64,000 nucleotides of DNA, taken from the NCBI GenBank assembly GCA_030390025.1, contig CM059432.1, forward strand, positions 58,282,001 to 58,346,000, given 5' to 3'. A program made the position numbers and the translations under genes. Within the stretch, counting starts at the first letter, position 1, and every line of letters starts with the position of its first letter. The notes under the pieces were generated by a model. It saw nothing but the letters and a program-made list of their open reading frames with translations. It was not told the origin of the DNA and made no database searches. Source of the DNA: Squalus acanthias. Its lineage: Eukaryota. This document shows positions 39,312 to 50,071 of the stretch, piece after piece.

Positions 39312-39624
39312 ACTGTTTCTAACCTCTATACAGACATGCAGGGGGCGATTTTCCCATTGGAGGCGGGTTGGGAGCGGTTTTCGGTTTGGGTCGGTTCCAA
39401 ACCCGCCTCCACTGTCAGGTGGGAAAAAGTTGGGATTTTCCCCAAATTGGCTAATTAATTCCAGGCGTGTGGGTTCCCCTGGGCCAATTAGTCTTTTGGG
39501 ACTGAAACTCGCCTCTGCTGACGTCACTTATCCAGCTTCATTTAAGGGCTGTTTGCTTCCTTGGCTCATTCCGCTGCTATTTGGTGAAAGCTACACAACC
39601 TGCTAACTTTGGAAGTCGAGAAAA

Positions 39625-41580
39625 ATGGCCAGCTCCAAGGCCAAGGCCTCCCCAAGTTCTCGGATGAGGCGCTGAGTATTCTGGTTGAGGGGGTGAGAGC
39701 TAGCAAGGAGGTGCTCTTCCCCTCATCTGGGAGGAAGAAGCCTCCCACACAAACCAAGGCTGTGTGGGTGCAGCTGGCACGGGATGTAACCTCCAGGTCT
39801 GTGTGCAGCAGAACATGGCTGCAGTGCCGCAAAAGGTTCAATGACCTTGTAAGATCAGCCAAAGTGAGTATACCATCAGCTTGACCCTCCTTCTGCTCCC
39901 CTTTCCTCTCATCACCAGCACTCTGCATTGTCAACCTCCTCCTACACATCCCACTTTACCCTTACAACCCTTGCACCCTTCACCATCCCTCTCACTCTAT
40001 GAACACAATCACTTCACTATTCAACTATGTTGCCCACACACTCCCTATCAATGTTATGCAATGACAACGACTAACAACACACAGGGAGGGCCCTTGGAAA
40101 TGGAACCTCACTCCATCTTTGTCTCCTTCTAAGCATCTATGCTCTGGACTCTCTACATTCACTCCATCATTCTCACTCAAACTCCACTTGTCTCCCTCAT
40201 TGCAGGAAAAGATAGCCCACAATAAAAGGGAAAGGGCGAAGACTGGAGGAGGGCCACCTTCCCTTGTCCATTTGACCAATGCTGAAGAGGCGGCCCTGGA
40301 AATCGTTGGCGCTGAGGTGGAGGTGGAAGTGGGGGACGGACAGATGGGCGCAGCAGAGCAAGCTGGTGACAGAATAGTTTTGCATCTCTCTTTTTTACAT
40401 TGCAGGAGTCACTAGTATGGCTGCGAATGTACATTTATAGAATGGCAATTGATCATCTGCGCTATTGCATGTGCATGCCACACTACCGTAACATCTCCAA
40501 CTCATTCCTTTACTCCTCCATAGGACCATCGACAGCCCCCCTCCCCAGTGTCCAGGAGGAAGAGCCTGAGGCGGAAGACTCCTCAGAGGAACCTGCAACC
40601 TCTGAGGACGCAGCGTCAGCAGATGTAAGCACACCCAGCACCAGCGCAGGTGCGCACACCTCGGTGGGACCTTCGGGACATAGAGTAGTGTTGTCACCTG
40701 GTGGATCACAGCTCACAAGTGAGCATCAGAGACAGGGACAGCAGTGGAGAGTCCTCGTCGGAGGTCGCAGGACTCTCCTAGCTCTGCTCAGCTGCATGTG
40801 GACCCTGTGCCTCCGGATCTATCCAGAAGGAGAGTGGTGCTGGAACTCCAGGACCAAGTGCAGGAGTCTCTGGCAGATTTTGTCTTCAGGGCCACTGCGT
40901 GTGTGGAGAGGATGGAGGAGTCCAACTCAAATATGAGCAGAGCCTTTGTGGAGTCATTGACGCATGAGTGCATCTCCTCGGAAAGGTTGGCTACCTCCGT
41001 GGTATCCATGGCTGCCTCTCTGCAGACGATGGCCAGGGCCATGGAGGAGCTAAGTCACCAGAGTGTTGAAAACATGTCCAATGTTCAGAATAGACTGACA
41101 TCTCTGGAGGAACGATGGTCAGCTATTGATCAGAGAAACCAGAGCTTCATGGAAGTCCTCAGCAGTAGGACTGCCAGTGCAGAGACGGGTCCTCATGGCC
41201 CCCCTGATGTGCAGCAAGGTGCTCTCAAGCCACTTGCTAGCGCTGAGGTGGGGCTGACCCATGAGAGCGATTTTGCTGGTAGAGAACAAGGAAGTGGGGG
41301 CTCCTTTCCAAGCGCTCACACTTCCATGCCACTGCGTTGCCCTCGGTCAAAGCCCCACCAGAGTCCGCATCCAACTGAGATGGGCATCTCAGCCCCTGCA
41401 CAGCTGCAGGAGGAGCAGACTGTTGGCGAGCCCTCACAGGCTCGCAAACCCAGAGGACGCCCGCCAAAGGTGTCCAAGCAGGAGCAGCATTAAAGTGAGG
41501 AAGGGGCCTCCACTTCTGCTGAAGCCAAAGAGGAAGCACCACGTAGGAGCACGCATAAGAGGAAGATAAAGCACAATTAG
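39625..41580 (+). pseudogene. Myb/SANT-like gene of copy C, exons 39625-39863, 40206-40365, 40524-41580
   Basis: 'KFSDEALSILVEGV...KAVWVQLA...RTWLQCRKRFNDL'; apparent 1-nt deletion near 39655, 10-nt deletion near 40729, premature TAA at 41491; AT-hook KPRGRPPK. Confidence 0.88.
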
Positions 41581-41826
41581 TCACACGGGCAGTCACTTGG
41601 GTTTTTTTTTGTCTTTAATAATTAAATGCCATCCCTTTGTGAATGTATTAAACTCTGGTGATGGCAAACTGTTGACGTTATGGCCTCTGTGATTTCGATT
41701 TTGGAAGTTACCACATTGCGGCCTCAGCGAGACTGGCTTGGTCAGAGTGAGAGGAAGCCAGAGAGTCAAGTCCATTGTGTATCTTGTTCTAAGAAGGAGC
41801 CAAGCACATGTGCTAGAATGGGCAAC

Positions 41827-43047
41827 CTAAGCAAATCTGGCCAAGATGAGTTCATCCCTTGCATTCCGGCCAGCAATGTGCTCGCGTGCTGCTGCTGCTG
41901 CTGGTTGATCCGCCTCTGCTCGGTCCTCCTCCTCCTCCTTTTCATCTGAGGAGGCTATGTACTGAGCCACTTGCTCCTCAGGAAGCTGCAAGCCACGATG
42001 CTGTGCGATGTTGTGCAGCGCATAGCAGACCATGACCATTCTGGAGACCTTGGCTGCTGAGTACTGCAGGGCTCCACCTGATCGATCAAGGCATCTGAAT
42101 CGCATCTTCAGCAAGCCGATGGTTTGTTCGATGATGGATCTGGTCGAAATGTGGCTGGCGTTTTAGCGCTCCTCAGCTTCATTCGCTGGCCTCCTGATTG
42201 GCGTCATTAGCCACGTCTTCGGGGGGTAGCCCTTGTCTCCAAGTAACCATCCGTTAAGTTGGTTTGGCGGTTGGAAGAGCGGAGGCACACTAGACTGCCG
42301 CAGGATGAATGAGTCATGGCAACTGCCACAGTACTTGGCGCAAACATGCAAAATCTCCTTCTTGTGGTTACACACTAGCTGTACATTGAGGGAGTGGAAG
42401 CCCTTGAGGTTGACAAAAATAGCTGGGTTGTGATGGGGTGCCCTAAGGGCCACATGTGTGCAGTCTATGACGCCCTGCACCATTGGCAAGCCTGCCATAT
42501 TTGAGAATCCAACCGCACGCGCGGTTATACTTGCTTGATCCGTTGAAAAGTTGATGTAATTGTGCGCCTTTGCGAAGAGGACATCGGTAAACTGCGTGAT
42601 GCAACTGTGGGCAGCCGACTGGAAGATGCCGCTGATGTCTGCTGATGATCCCTGGAAGAAGCCTGAAGCAAAAAAGTTGAGTGCGGTGGTGACTTTGACA
42701 GCCACTGGTAAGGGGTGTCCACCCGCTCCTCTGAGGTCCAGGTGTTGGTGCAGCATTGCGCAGATGTATCCGACAACCTCTCGCGAAAGTCTCAGCCTCC
42801 TTTGGCACTGCTGCTCACTCATGTTGAGGAAGCTCATCCACTGTCTGTAAACCCTGAGATGAGGGTATCTCCTGCGGTGACGTTCTGCCATGCGCTGGTG
42901 CCTTCTGTCCTGTGCACCATCAGGTGGGTGAGCAGGAGGTTGGCGCTCCTGCTGCTGTTGCTGCTGTTCTGCCTGGTTCTGCTGCTGCCGTGGCTTCTCC
43001 TCGTCCGAATTGGAGGTCCATGATGAAAGGAAATAAATGTTTCCCAT
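41827..43047 (-). pseudogene. HARBI1-like DDE transposase, 406 codons, single premature stop at 42163-42165
   Basis: 'GVIDCTHV', '[11 protein letters not shown]', 'GSCHDSFIL', 'LLGDKGYP', 'IEQTIGLLKMRFRCL'; ORFs 42163-43119 and 41827-42114 are in the same frame. Confidence 0.95.
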
Positions 43048-44200
43048 GCTGCTGGCAGATACCTCCGTTGGGGAAGCGCTCAGTCCAAGTGGGGAGAGGG
43101 TTCTCCCAGGAGGTCCCAAAGTAGATAGATCTCAGCTGCACCACCTCCGACTTCAGTAGGCCTGGAAAAAGTGCTCAAAGACCTGTGGGGAAAAGTTCTG
43201 CAACCTGCAACTCATCCCTGCTGAAAGCTCCGTTTTTATGGTGGAGCTGCAGCTGTGAGGAGGCCAGCCACTTGTCAACCCACCAGGATTAGCTGGCGTG
43301 GTTTAGGAGGGCCGTGCAACACGCTGAAAATGTGATAAAACAACAAAGGTCTGGCAAAATAGGATTAGAGAGGCCCTTAACCGCTTGTTAAGGGTCTTAA
43401 CCGCCTATCCTGACTCATGGAGGCGGGACCGAACTACATGAAGTCCGCCTCCGGCAAAATTGTGCGGAGGCAGGTTGGAGGCGCATTCCGAACCCACCCT
43501 CAATTTTTTTCGATTTTCCCAACTGTCCCGCCTCCAACCCTCCTCCTCAGGGCTGGGAAAATCGCCCCCGCACTGTCAGTTATATTTTCAGTCTTGTAAT
43601 TCTAAGCTTTTAACTATAGAACCAATATGAAATGGAATCTAATATAAATGGATTACTCTTGGACAAAATGGATTTGTTTACTATCTCCTGATCTTGATCT
43701 CTAACAAGTGGTATTGCCAGAAGCAACCCATGTAGAAAAAAGTGTATTGCCAGAAGACACTTAAGAGTTCACAAGGTTATACAGCCACTCAATGTGCCTG
43801 GCAGGAATGCCAGAACCTCGCACAGTTGCTGCTGACCTTCTATCATTCTCCTTTTCATTGATGGCCCCCCACGTTACATAGGATTACATAGGATGTACAG
43901 CACAGAAACAGGCCATTCGGCCCAACCAGTCCATGTTTATGTTCCACTCGAGCCTCTTCCTGTCTTTCCTCATCTAACTCTGTCAGCATAACCCTCTATT
44001 CCCTTCTCCCTCATATGCTTGTCTAGCCTCCCCTTAAATGCATCTATATTATTTGCCTCAACTACTCCCTGTGGTAGCGAGTTCCACATTCTCACCACTC
44101 TCTGGGTAAAGAAATTTCTACTGATTCTATTGGATTTCTTGGTGACTATCTTATATTGATGGCCTCTACTTATGCTCTTCCCCACAAGTGGAAACACTTT

Positions 44201-47200
44201 GGGCTCGATTTTGCCAGGCCCGAGGAGGCCGGATTGGAGGCGTGTGTGGTGTTAAAATAGCAAAAAATAGCGGGCGGCTCCGATCCCGCCTCCAGCCCGC
44301 CTCCGAGCAATTTTCCCAGAATCGGAGTTTCAGACCCCATTTACATCCCACCTCCAAGAGGTGGGATAGGCCCTTAAGGCCCTTAACAACCAGTTAATTG
44401 CCTCTATAATCCCAATTTGAGAGGCCTTTCTGATTTTTAACACATTTCCCCCATCTCCTCTGGAACACGCCAGTTAATCCTGGCGGCCTCACAAGTGGAT
44501 TGCTTACTAACAGCTGCAGCTCCACTATTGAAAAGGAGTTTTCACCAATGATCATTTGCAGGTGGCAGAACTTTGTTGTCTCAGGTCTGGGGAACTTTTA
44601 GCAGGCATACTCATTGTTGTGGAAGTTTGGAGCCTGACACCCATCTCCAGTGAGACCTCCTGGGAAACCCCTCTCCCCACCTTGAATGAGCGCTTCCTCA
44701 ACTGAGGCATATACCAGAAGCATGGGAGCCATTTATTTCCTTTCCTCCTGGACATCAGATTCGGACGACGATCAGCCGCGGCAGCAGCAGAACCATGAAC
44801 AACAGTAGCACCAACAGCAGCAGCAACAACAGGAGCGCCAAGCTGCTGCTCACCCACCTGAAGCTGCACAGGCCAGAAGGCGCCAGCGCCGACCACATTG
44901 CTGCCCGGGATGCACTCATGTTGGCCAGATTTGCTTAGCCTGCACAATCAATCACTTTTGCCTTGCACCTTCTTACCAGAGCATCGACAATGGACAAGAA
45001 TCTACAGATTCCTATCACTCTGACCACCATACTGACAATTGCAAGTCGCACTAAACCCTCAATGTGGAAGTCCCATTTGCGAAATGACAAAGGCCACAAC
45101 TTCAACAGTTTGTCATCAGAATTTTTTATCACAACAAGCAACTGATGGCATTTCAAAAATAAACACAACAGAACACCCAAGTGACTACCCTTGTGACTAC
45201 TTGTGCATTATCTTCCTCTTGCACGTGCTCCTACGTGGTGCTTCCCCTGTGGCTTCAGCAGATGTGGAGGCCCCTTGCTCACTTTCTTGCTGCTCCTGTC
45301 TCGACACTTCTGGTGGCCGTCCTCTGGGGTTGCGAACCTGTGAGGGCTCGGCAACAGTCTGCTGCTCCTGCGGCTGTGCAGGGGATGAGACGCCCATCTC
45401 GGTTGAGTGAGGATTCTGGTGGGGCTCTGACCAAGGGCTCTGCAGTGGCATGGTTGTGTGAGCACTTGGAGAGGAGCCCCCACTTCCTTGTTGACTGCCA
45501 CCAACATCCCTCTCATGGATCAGCCCCACTTCAGAGCTAGCAAATGGCTTGACAGCACCTTGCTGCACTTCAGGGGGGCCATGAGGACCCATTTCTACAC
45601 TGGAAGTCCTACTTCAGAGGACTTCCATGAAGGTCTGGTTTCTATGCTCAATAGCTGACCATCGCTCCTCAAGAGATGTCAGTCTATTCTGAACAATGAC
45701 CATGTTTTCAACACTCAAGCGACTTAGCTCCTCCATGGCCGTAGCCATCTTCTCCTCTACTGTAGCCATCCTTTCCACGGAGGTTGCCATCCTTTCCGTG
45801 GTAATGCGTACATGCACCATTGCCTCCACAAAGGCTCTGCTCATGTTCGCGATGGACTCCTCCATTCGCTCCACTCTCGCAGCAACCCTGGAGACAAAAC
45901 CTGCCAGAGACTCCTACACCTGTTCCTAGAGTTCCAGCACCGCTCTCCTGGATGGACCCGGAGGCAGAGGACTCTCCACTGCTGTCACTGTCTCCTCCAT
46001 CTGCTGATGCTCACTTGTGAGCTGTGATATACCAGGTGACAACGCTAATCTATCTCGCGAAGGTCCCACCGAGGTGTGAGTGTCTGTGCTGGTGCTGGGT
46101 GCGCTGAATTCTGCTGACGCTGCGCCCTCAGAGGTTGCAGCTTCCTCTGAGGAGTCTTGAGGCTCAGGCTGTTCCTCCTGGACATTGGGGACGGGGGCTG
46201 TCAATGGTCCTGTGGGGGAGTAAAGGAAAGAGTTAGAGATGTGAGGTCAAGGTTGCATGCACATTGAATTGTGCAGATGATCATAAGTCAATCTGTTAGA
46301 GCATCAGAACCATTATCAGTCACTCATGCAATGTCAGTGAGAGAGATGCTAAACTATTCTGTCACCAGCTTGCTGTGATGCGCCCGACTTTCCATCCCCC
46401 ACTTGCGAATCTTCCTCGACACCGGTGATTTCCAGGGCCGCCTCCTCCGAGGTGGTGAGCTGGGCTACTGAGGGTGGCCCATCTCCTGTCCTCGCTCTTT
46501 CCCTCTTATTGTGGGCTCTCTTTTCCTACAATGAGGGACACAAGTGGAGTTTGAGTGAGAATGAAGGAGTGAGTGTAGAGAACCCATAGCATAGATGCTT
46601 AGAAGGAGACAAAGGGCCCTCCCTGTGTGTTGTAAGTTGTTGTCATTGCATCACAGTGATAGGGAATGTGAGGGCTGCTTGGTCAAATAGTTAAGTGAAT
46701 GTGACCTTCGAGAGAGAGGGAATGGGTAAGGGTTCAGGGATGTCAGTGTCAAGTGGGATGTGGAGGAAGAGGTTGGCAAAGCAGAGTGCTGGTGAGGAGA
46801 GGCAATGGGGATCAGATTGAGGGTGATGGGAAAGTCACACTCACTTTTCCTGTGCGGAGAAGGTCATGAAACCTCTTCCTGCACTGCAGCCAGGTTCTGC
46901 GGCACATAGAGATGGAGTTGACCTCCTGGGACACTTGCAGCCACACAGCTTTAGTCTGCTGGGGAGGCTTTTTCCTCCCTGAGGAAGGGAAGAGCACCTC
47001 CTTATTTGCTCTTGCTCCCTCCACTTGAGCTTGGAGGGAGGCCTCATCGAACCTTGGAGCACACTTTGGCCTACTGGTGGACATAGTTGCTGAATGAAGC
47101 GATCACAACAATGGGCATAAAGTTTAAAGTCTCCAGAAGAAGCAAGGCTGCATGCAGGCCTTAAATCCAGCAGCATTGATGACGTCATCGGAGGTGACTT

Positions 47201-47364
47201 TCTGTATGAAAAGACTCATTGGGCCAGGGGTTTCCACACGCTGGAAATCAAGTGCCCAATTAGGGCAAAATCGCACTTTTTTCCCACTTCACATCGGAGT
47301 CAGGGTCCTGACACGAAAACCACCTGACACGCCCCAGCATGCCCCCAATGGCAAAATCGAGCCC
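44201..47364. mobile_element. Harbinger copy D, non-autonomous (family of A and B), 3164 bp
   Basis: Perfect TIR GGGCTCGATTTTGCCA; TSD TTT/TCT; transposase remnant on + at ~44722-44938. Confidence 0.95.
45197..47084 (-). pseudogene. Myb/SANT-like gene of copy D, exons 47084-46845, 46525-46366, 46209-45197
   Basis: Exons 1 and 2 open; exon 3 has a private deletion near 45965 and a stop at 45926. Confidence 0.9.
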
Positions 47365-48322
47365 TCTCTCTGTATCTACTCTATCAAAACCTTTCAGAAT
47401 TTTAAGGACCTCAATTAGGTCACCCCTCAGCCTTCTCTTTTCAAGCGAAAAGAGACCCAGCCTGTTCATCCTTTCCTGATAGGTATATCCTCGCATTTCT
47501 GGTATCATCCTTGTAAATATTCTCTGCACCCTCTCCAGTGCCTCTATAGCCTTTTTATAATATGGCAACCAGAATTGTATGTATTACTCCAAGTGTCGTC
47601 TAACCAAGGTTCGATCCAAGTTTAGCATAACTTCTCTACTTTTCAATTCAATCCCTCTAGAAATAAACCTTAGTGCTTGGTTTGCTTTTTTTATGGCCTT
47701 GTTAACCTGTGTCGCTACTTTCAGTGATTTGTGTATTTGTACTCCGAGATCCTTTTGCTCATCTACCCCACTTAGATTCGTATTTTCTAAGTAATATGTG
47801 ACCTCCCTATTTTTCTTACCAAAATGTAATACCTCACATTTATCTGTGTTGAAATTAATTTGCCAATGATATGCCCATTCTGCAAATTTATTCATGTCTT
47901 CTTGCAATTTGTTGCAGTCCTCTTCAGTTTTGACTATCCCCCCCAATTTGGTGTCATCTGCAAATTTAGAAATTGTGTTTTTGATTCCAAAGTCTAAATC
48001 ATTAATATAGATTGTGAACAACAGTAGTCCCAGCACTGATCCCTGTGGAACACCACTTCCCAACTTCTGCCACTCTGAATAGTTACCCTTTACCCCTACT
48101 CTCTGCTTTCTGTCTTGAAGCCAGCTAGTTATATATTCTGCTACTTGTCCCCTGACTCCTTATTCATTAGTCTATTATGTGGTACCTTATCGAAGGCCTT
48201 TTGAAAATCTAGATAAATTACATCTACTGCATTACCCTATAGTTACCTGGACATGTTCTATCTTCCTTCTTAAGTATAGGTATTACATTAGCTATCTGCC
48301 AGTCCTCTGGCACTATACCTTT

Positions 48323-48767
48323 ACATAGAAACATAGAAACATAGAAACTAGGAGCAGGAGTAGGCCATTCGGCCCGTCGAGCCTGCTCCACCATTCAATA
48401 CGATCATGGCTGATCATCCAAATCCAGTACCCTGTCCCTGCTTTCTCACACCGAATCCCCACATCGAGCCTGCACCTATCCCACCCTATCCCCGCGTATT
48501 TAATTCCCCCTAACATATCCCATCCTATCCCCATAACCCCACATATTTAATCCCCCCCTAACACTAAGGGTCAATTTATCATAGCCAAATCAACCTAACC
48601 CTCACATCTTTGGACTGTGGGAGGAAACCGGAGCACCCGGAGGAAACCCACGCAGACACGGGGAGAATGTGCAAACTCCACACAGACAGTCACCCGAGGT
48701 CAGATTCGAACCCGGGTCCCTGGCGCTGTGAAGCACCAGTGCTAATCACTATTCCACCGTGTTGCCC
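48323..48767 (-). mobile_element. HE1/V-SINE-type tRNA-derived SINE with CR1-derived tail
   Basis: Minus-strand head GGGCAACACGGTGGAATAGTG...GGTTCGAATC (A and B boxes); V-domain 'ggaggaaaccggagcacccggaggaaacccacgcagacacggggagaa'; (ACATAGAA)n tail. Confidence 0.88.
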
Positions 48768-48952
48768 CACACATAATTTATCTTACGAATTATTAAGTAT
48801 GTGTAGTAATGCCTCAACTATCTCTTCCCTAGATTCTGTTAAAATGCGTGGATGTAATCTGTCCGGACCAGGGGTTTTATCCTCTTTGAGGTTGATTAGT
48901 TTATTTAATATTTCTCCTCTTTTTATTTGAAATGCAGTTATCTCATTGCTGA

Positions 48953-49622
48953 TACAAAAGCAAATACTGCAGATGCTGGAAATCTGAAATAATAACAGAA
49001 AATGCTGGAAATACTCAGCAGGTCAGGCAGCATCTGTGGAGAGAGAAACAGAGTTAACATTTCAGGTCGATGACCCTTTGTCAGAACTGGAAAAAGCTGA
49101 AGATGGAACAGGTTTTTAAGCAAGCGCAGGGGCAGGGAAAGTGAGGTGGGGAGGAAAGAACAAAAGGGAAGGTCTGTGATAGGATGGAAGGCAGGAGAGA
49201 TTAAGAGACATTAATAGATGGTGCAAGGCAAAAGGAGATGGTAATGGGACAAGTTAAGAAACAAAAGATGGCTCTAGATGAAATGTAAATGGCACTAGCA
49301 GAAGGAGAGACAGCTTCCATGTGGGAGAGAGAAAAAAATATATAATAAATAAAATAAATGGAAAAAAAGGATAGGGGCAGAGGTTATGGTCTGAAATTGT
49401 TGAACTCTATGTTGAGTCCAGAAGGCTGTAAAGTGCCTAATCGAAAGATGAGGTGCTGTTCCTCGAGCTTATGTTGAGCTTCATTGGAACAGTGTAAGAG
49501 GCCGAGGACAGTGAGGTCTGAGTGGGAGTGGAGCGGAGAATTAAAGTGACAGGCGACCGGAAGCTCGGGGTCACCCTTATGGACTGAATGGAGGTGTTCC
49601 ACTACATTGGGGAGACCAAGCG
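48953..49622 (-). mobile_element. Penelope-like (Poseidon-type) retroelement 3' end with a short 5' inversion
   Basis: 'EHLHSV...PVACHFNS...EQHLIFRLGTLQPSGLNIEF*' GIY-YIG C-terminus; inverted 'YIGETKR' at ~49604-49624; mutated hammerhead at 49052-49088. Confidence 0.88.
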
Positions 49623-50071
49623 TGGGGCACTAACAGGGAGCAAATGGATTTGCAACCGGACACAGCAATATCAATGCCTCGCGCTAAATTCGGCGGGAGT
49701 ATTGCGGCGGCGGTAAAACGTTGCGCCCCGATCTCCTGCACCCGGAGATCGTGACGTCATTGCCATGCGCAGCACCCCAGTTGCGCTCTGGATTAAAATT
49801 CCTTCTTGCCCCCTGCTTGTGCGCCTGCCATTAACAACGGCAGGTAGAGGAGACGGCTTTCAGTCGGATGTCCCCTGGAGGAGCGCTATTTAAAGGCGTC
49901 CACTTCCGGTGTAGTTTTCATCGGCCAACAATGCTGCGTTATTAATTTCACAAACGCAAAGAGGCCTTTTGACCGATTTGCGCGTTTTGCATTTCAACTC
50001 GTGTTCTGGCACATAAAGATTATTGAGTTTCATTGAGGAGAGATTTGAAAGTGCAATATTTGTATCCTTTC

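Larger units (their letters stand above)
39341..43569. mobile_element. Full-length PIF/Harbinger transposon, copy C, 4229 bp
   Basis: Perfect 16-bp TIR GGGGGCGATTTTCCCA, TSD GCA, convergent Myb and transposase genes. Confidence 0.97.
37592..43773 (-). mobile_element. Probable solo LTR (~770 bp net), split by two Harbinger-type insertions
   Basis: TGT at 37592, ACA at 43773, 4-bp flanks AGGC/AGGT; TTTATT (minus-strand polyA signal) near 37652. Confidence 0.45.
43875..48950 (-). mobile_element. CR1 LINE (RT and 3' UTR), interrupted by Harbinger D and a V-SINE
   Basis: 'SGVPQGSVLG...KFADDTKLGG', 'FFTQRVVRMWNSLP'; tandem TACATAGGAT tail near 43875. Confidence 0.92.

Noticed and set aside
41827..43047. 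Domesticated host HARBI1 or NAIF1/MSANTD genes
   Set aside because: The genes lie between TIRs with TSDs, are multicopy and carry disabling mutations, so they are transposon genes.
5962..47364. Segmental duplication explaining copies A and D
   Set aside because: Similarity stops exactly at the TIRs, and the flanks and TSDs differ (Penelope versus CR1).
48695..48767. tRNA gene
   Set aside because: It is the tRNA-derived head of a V-SINE, continuous with the SINE body and CR1-type tail.
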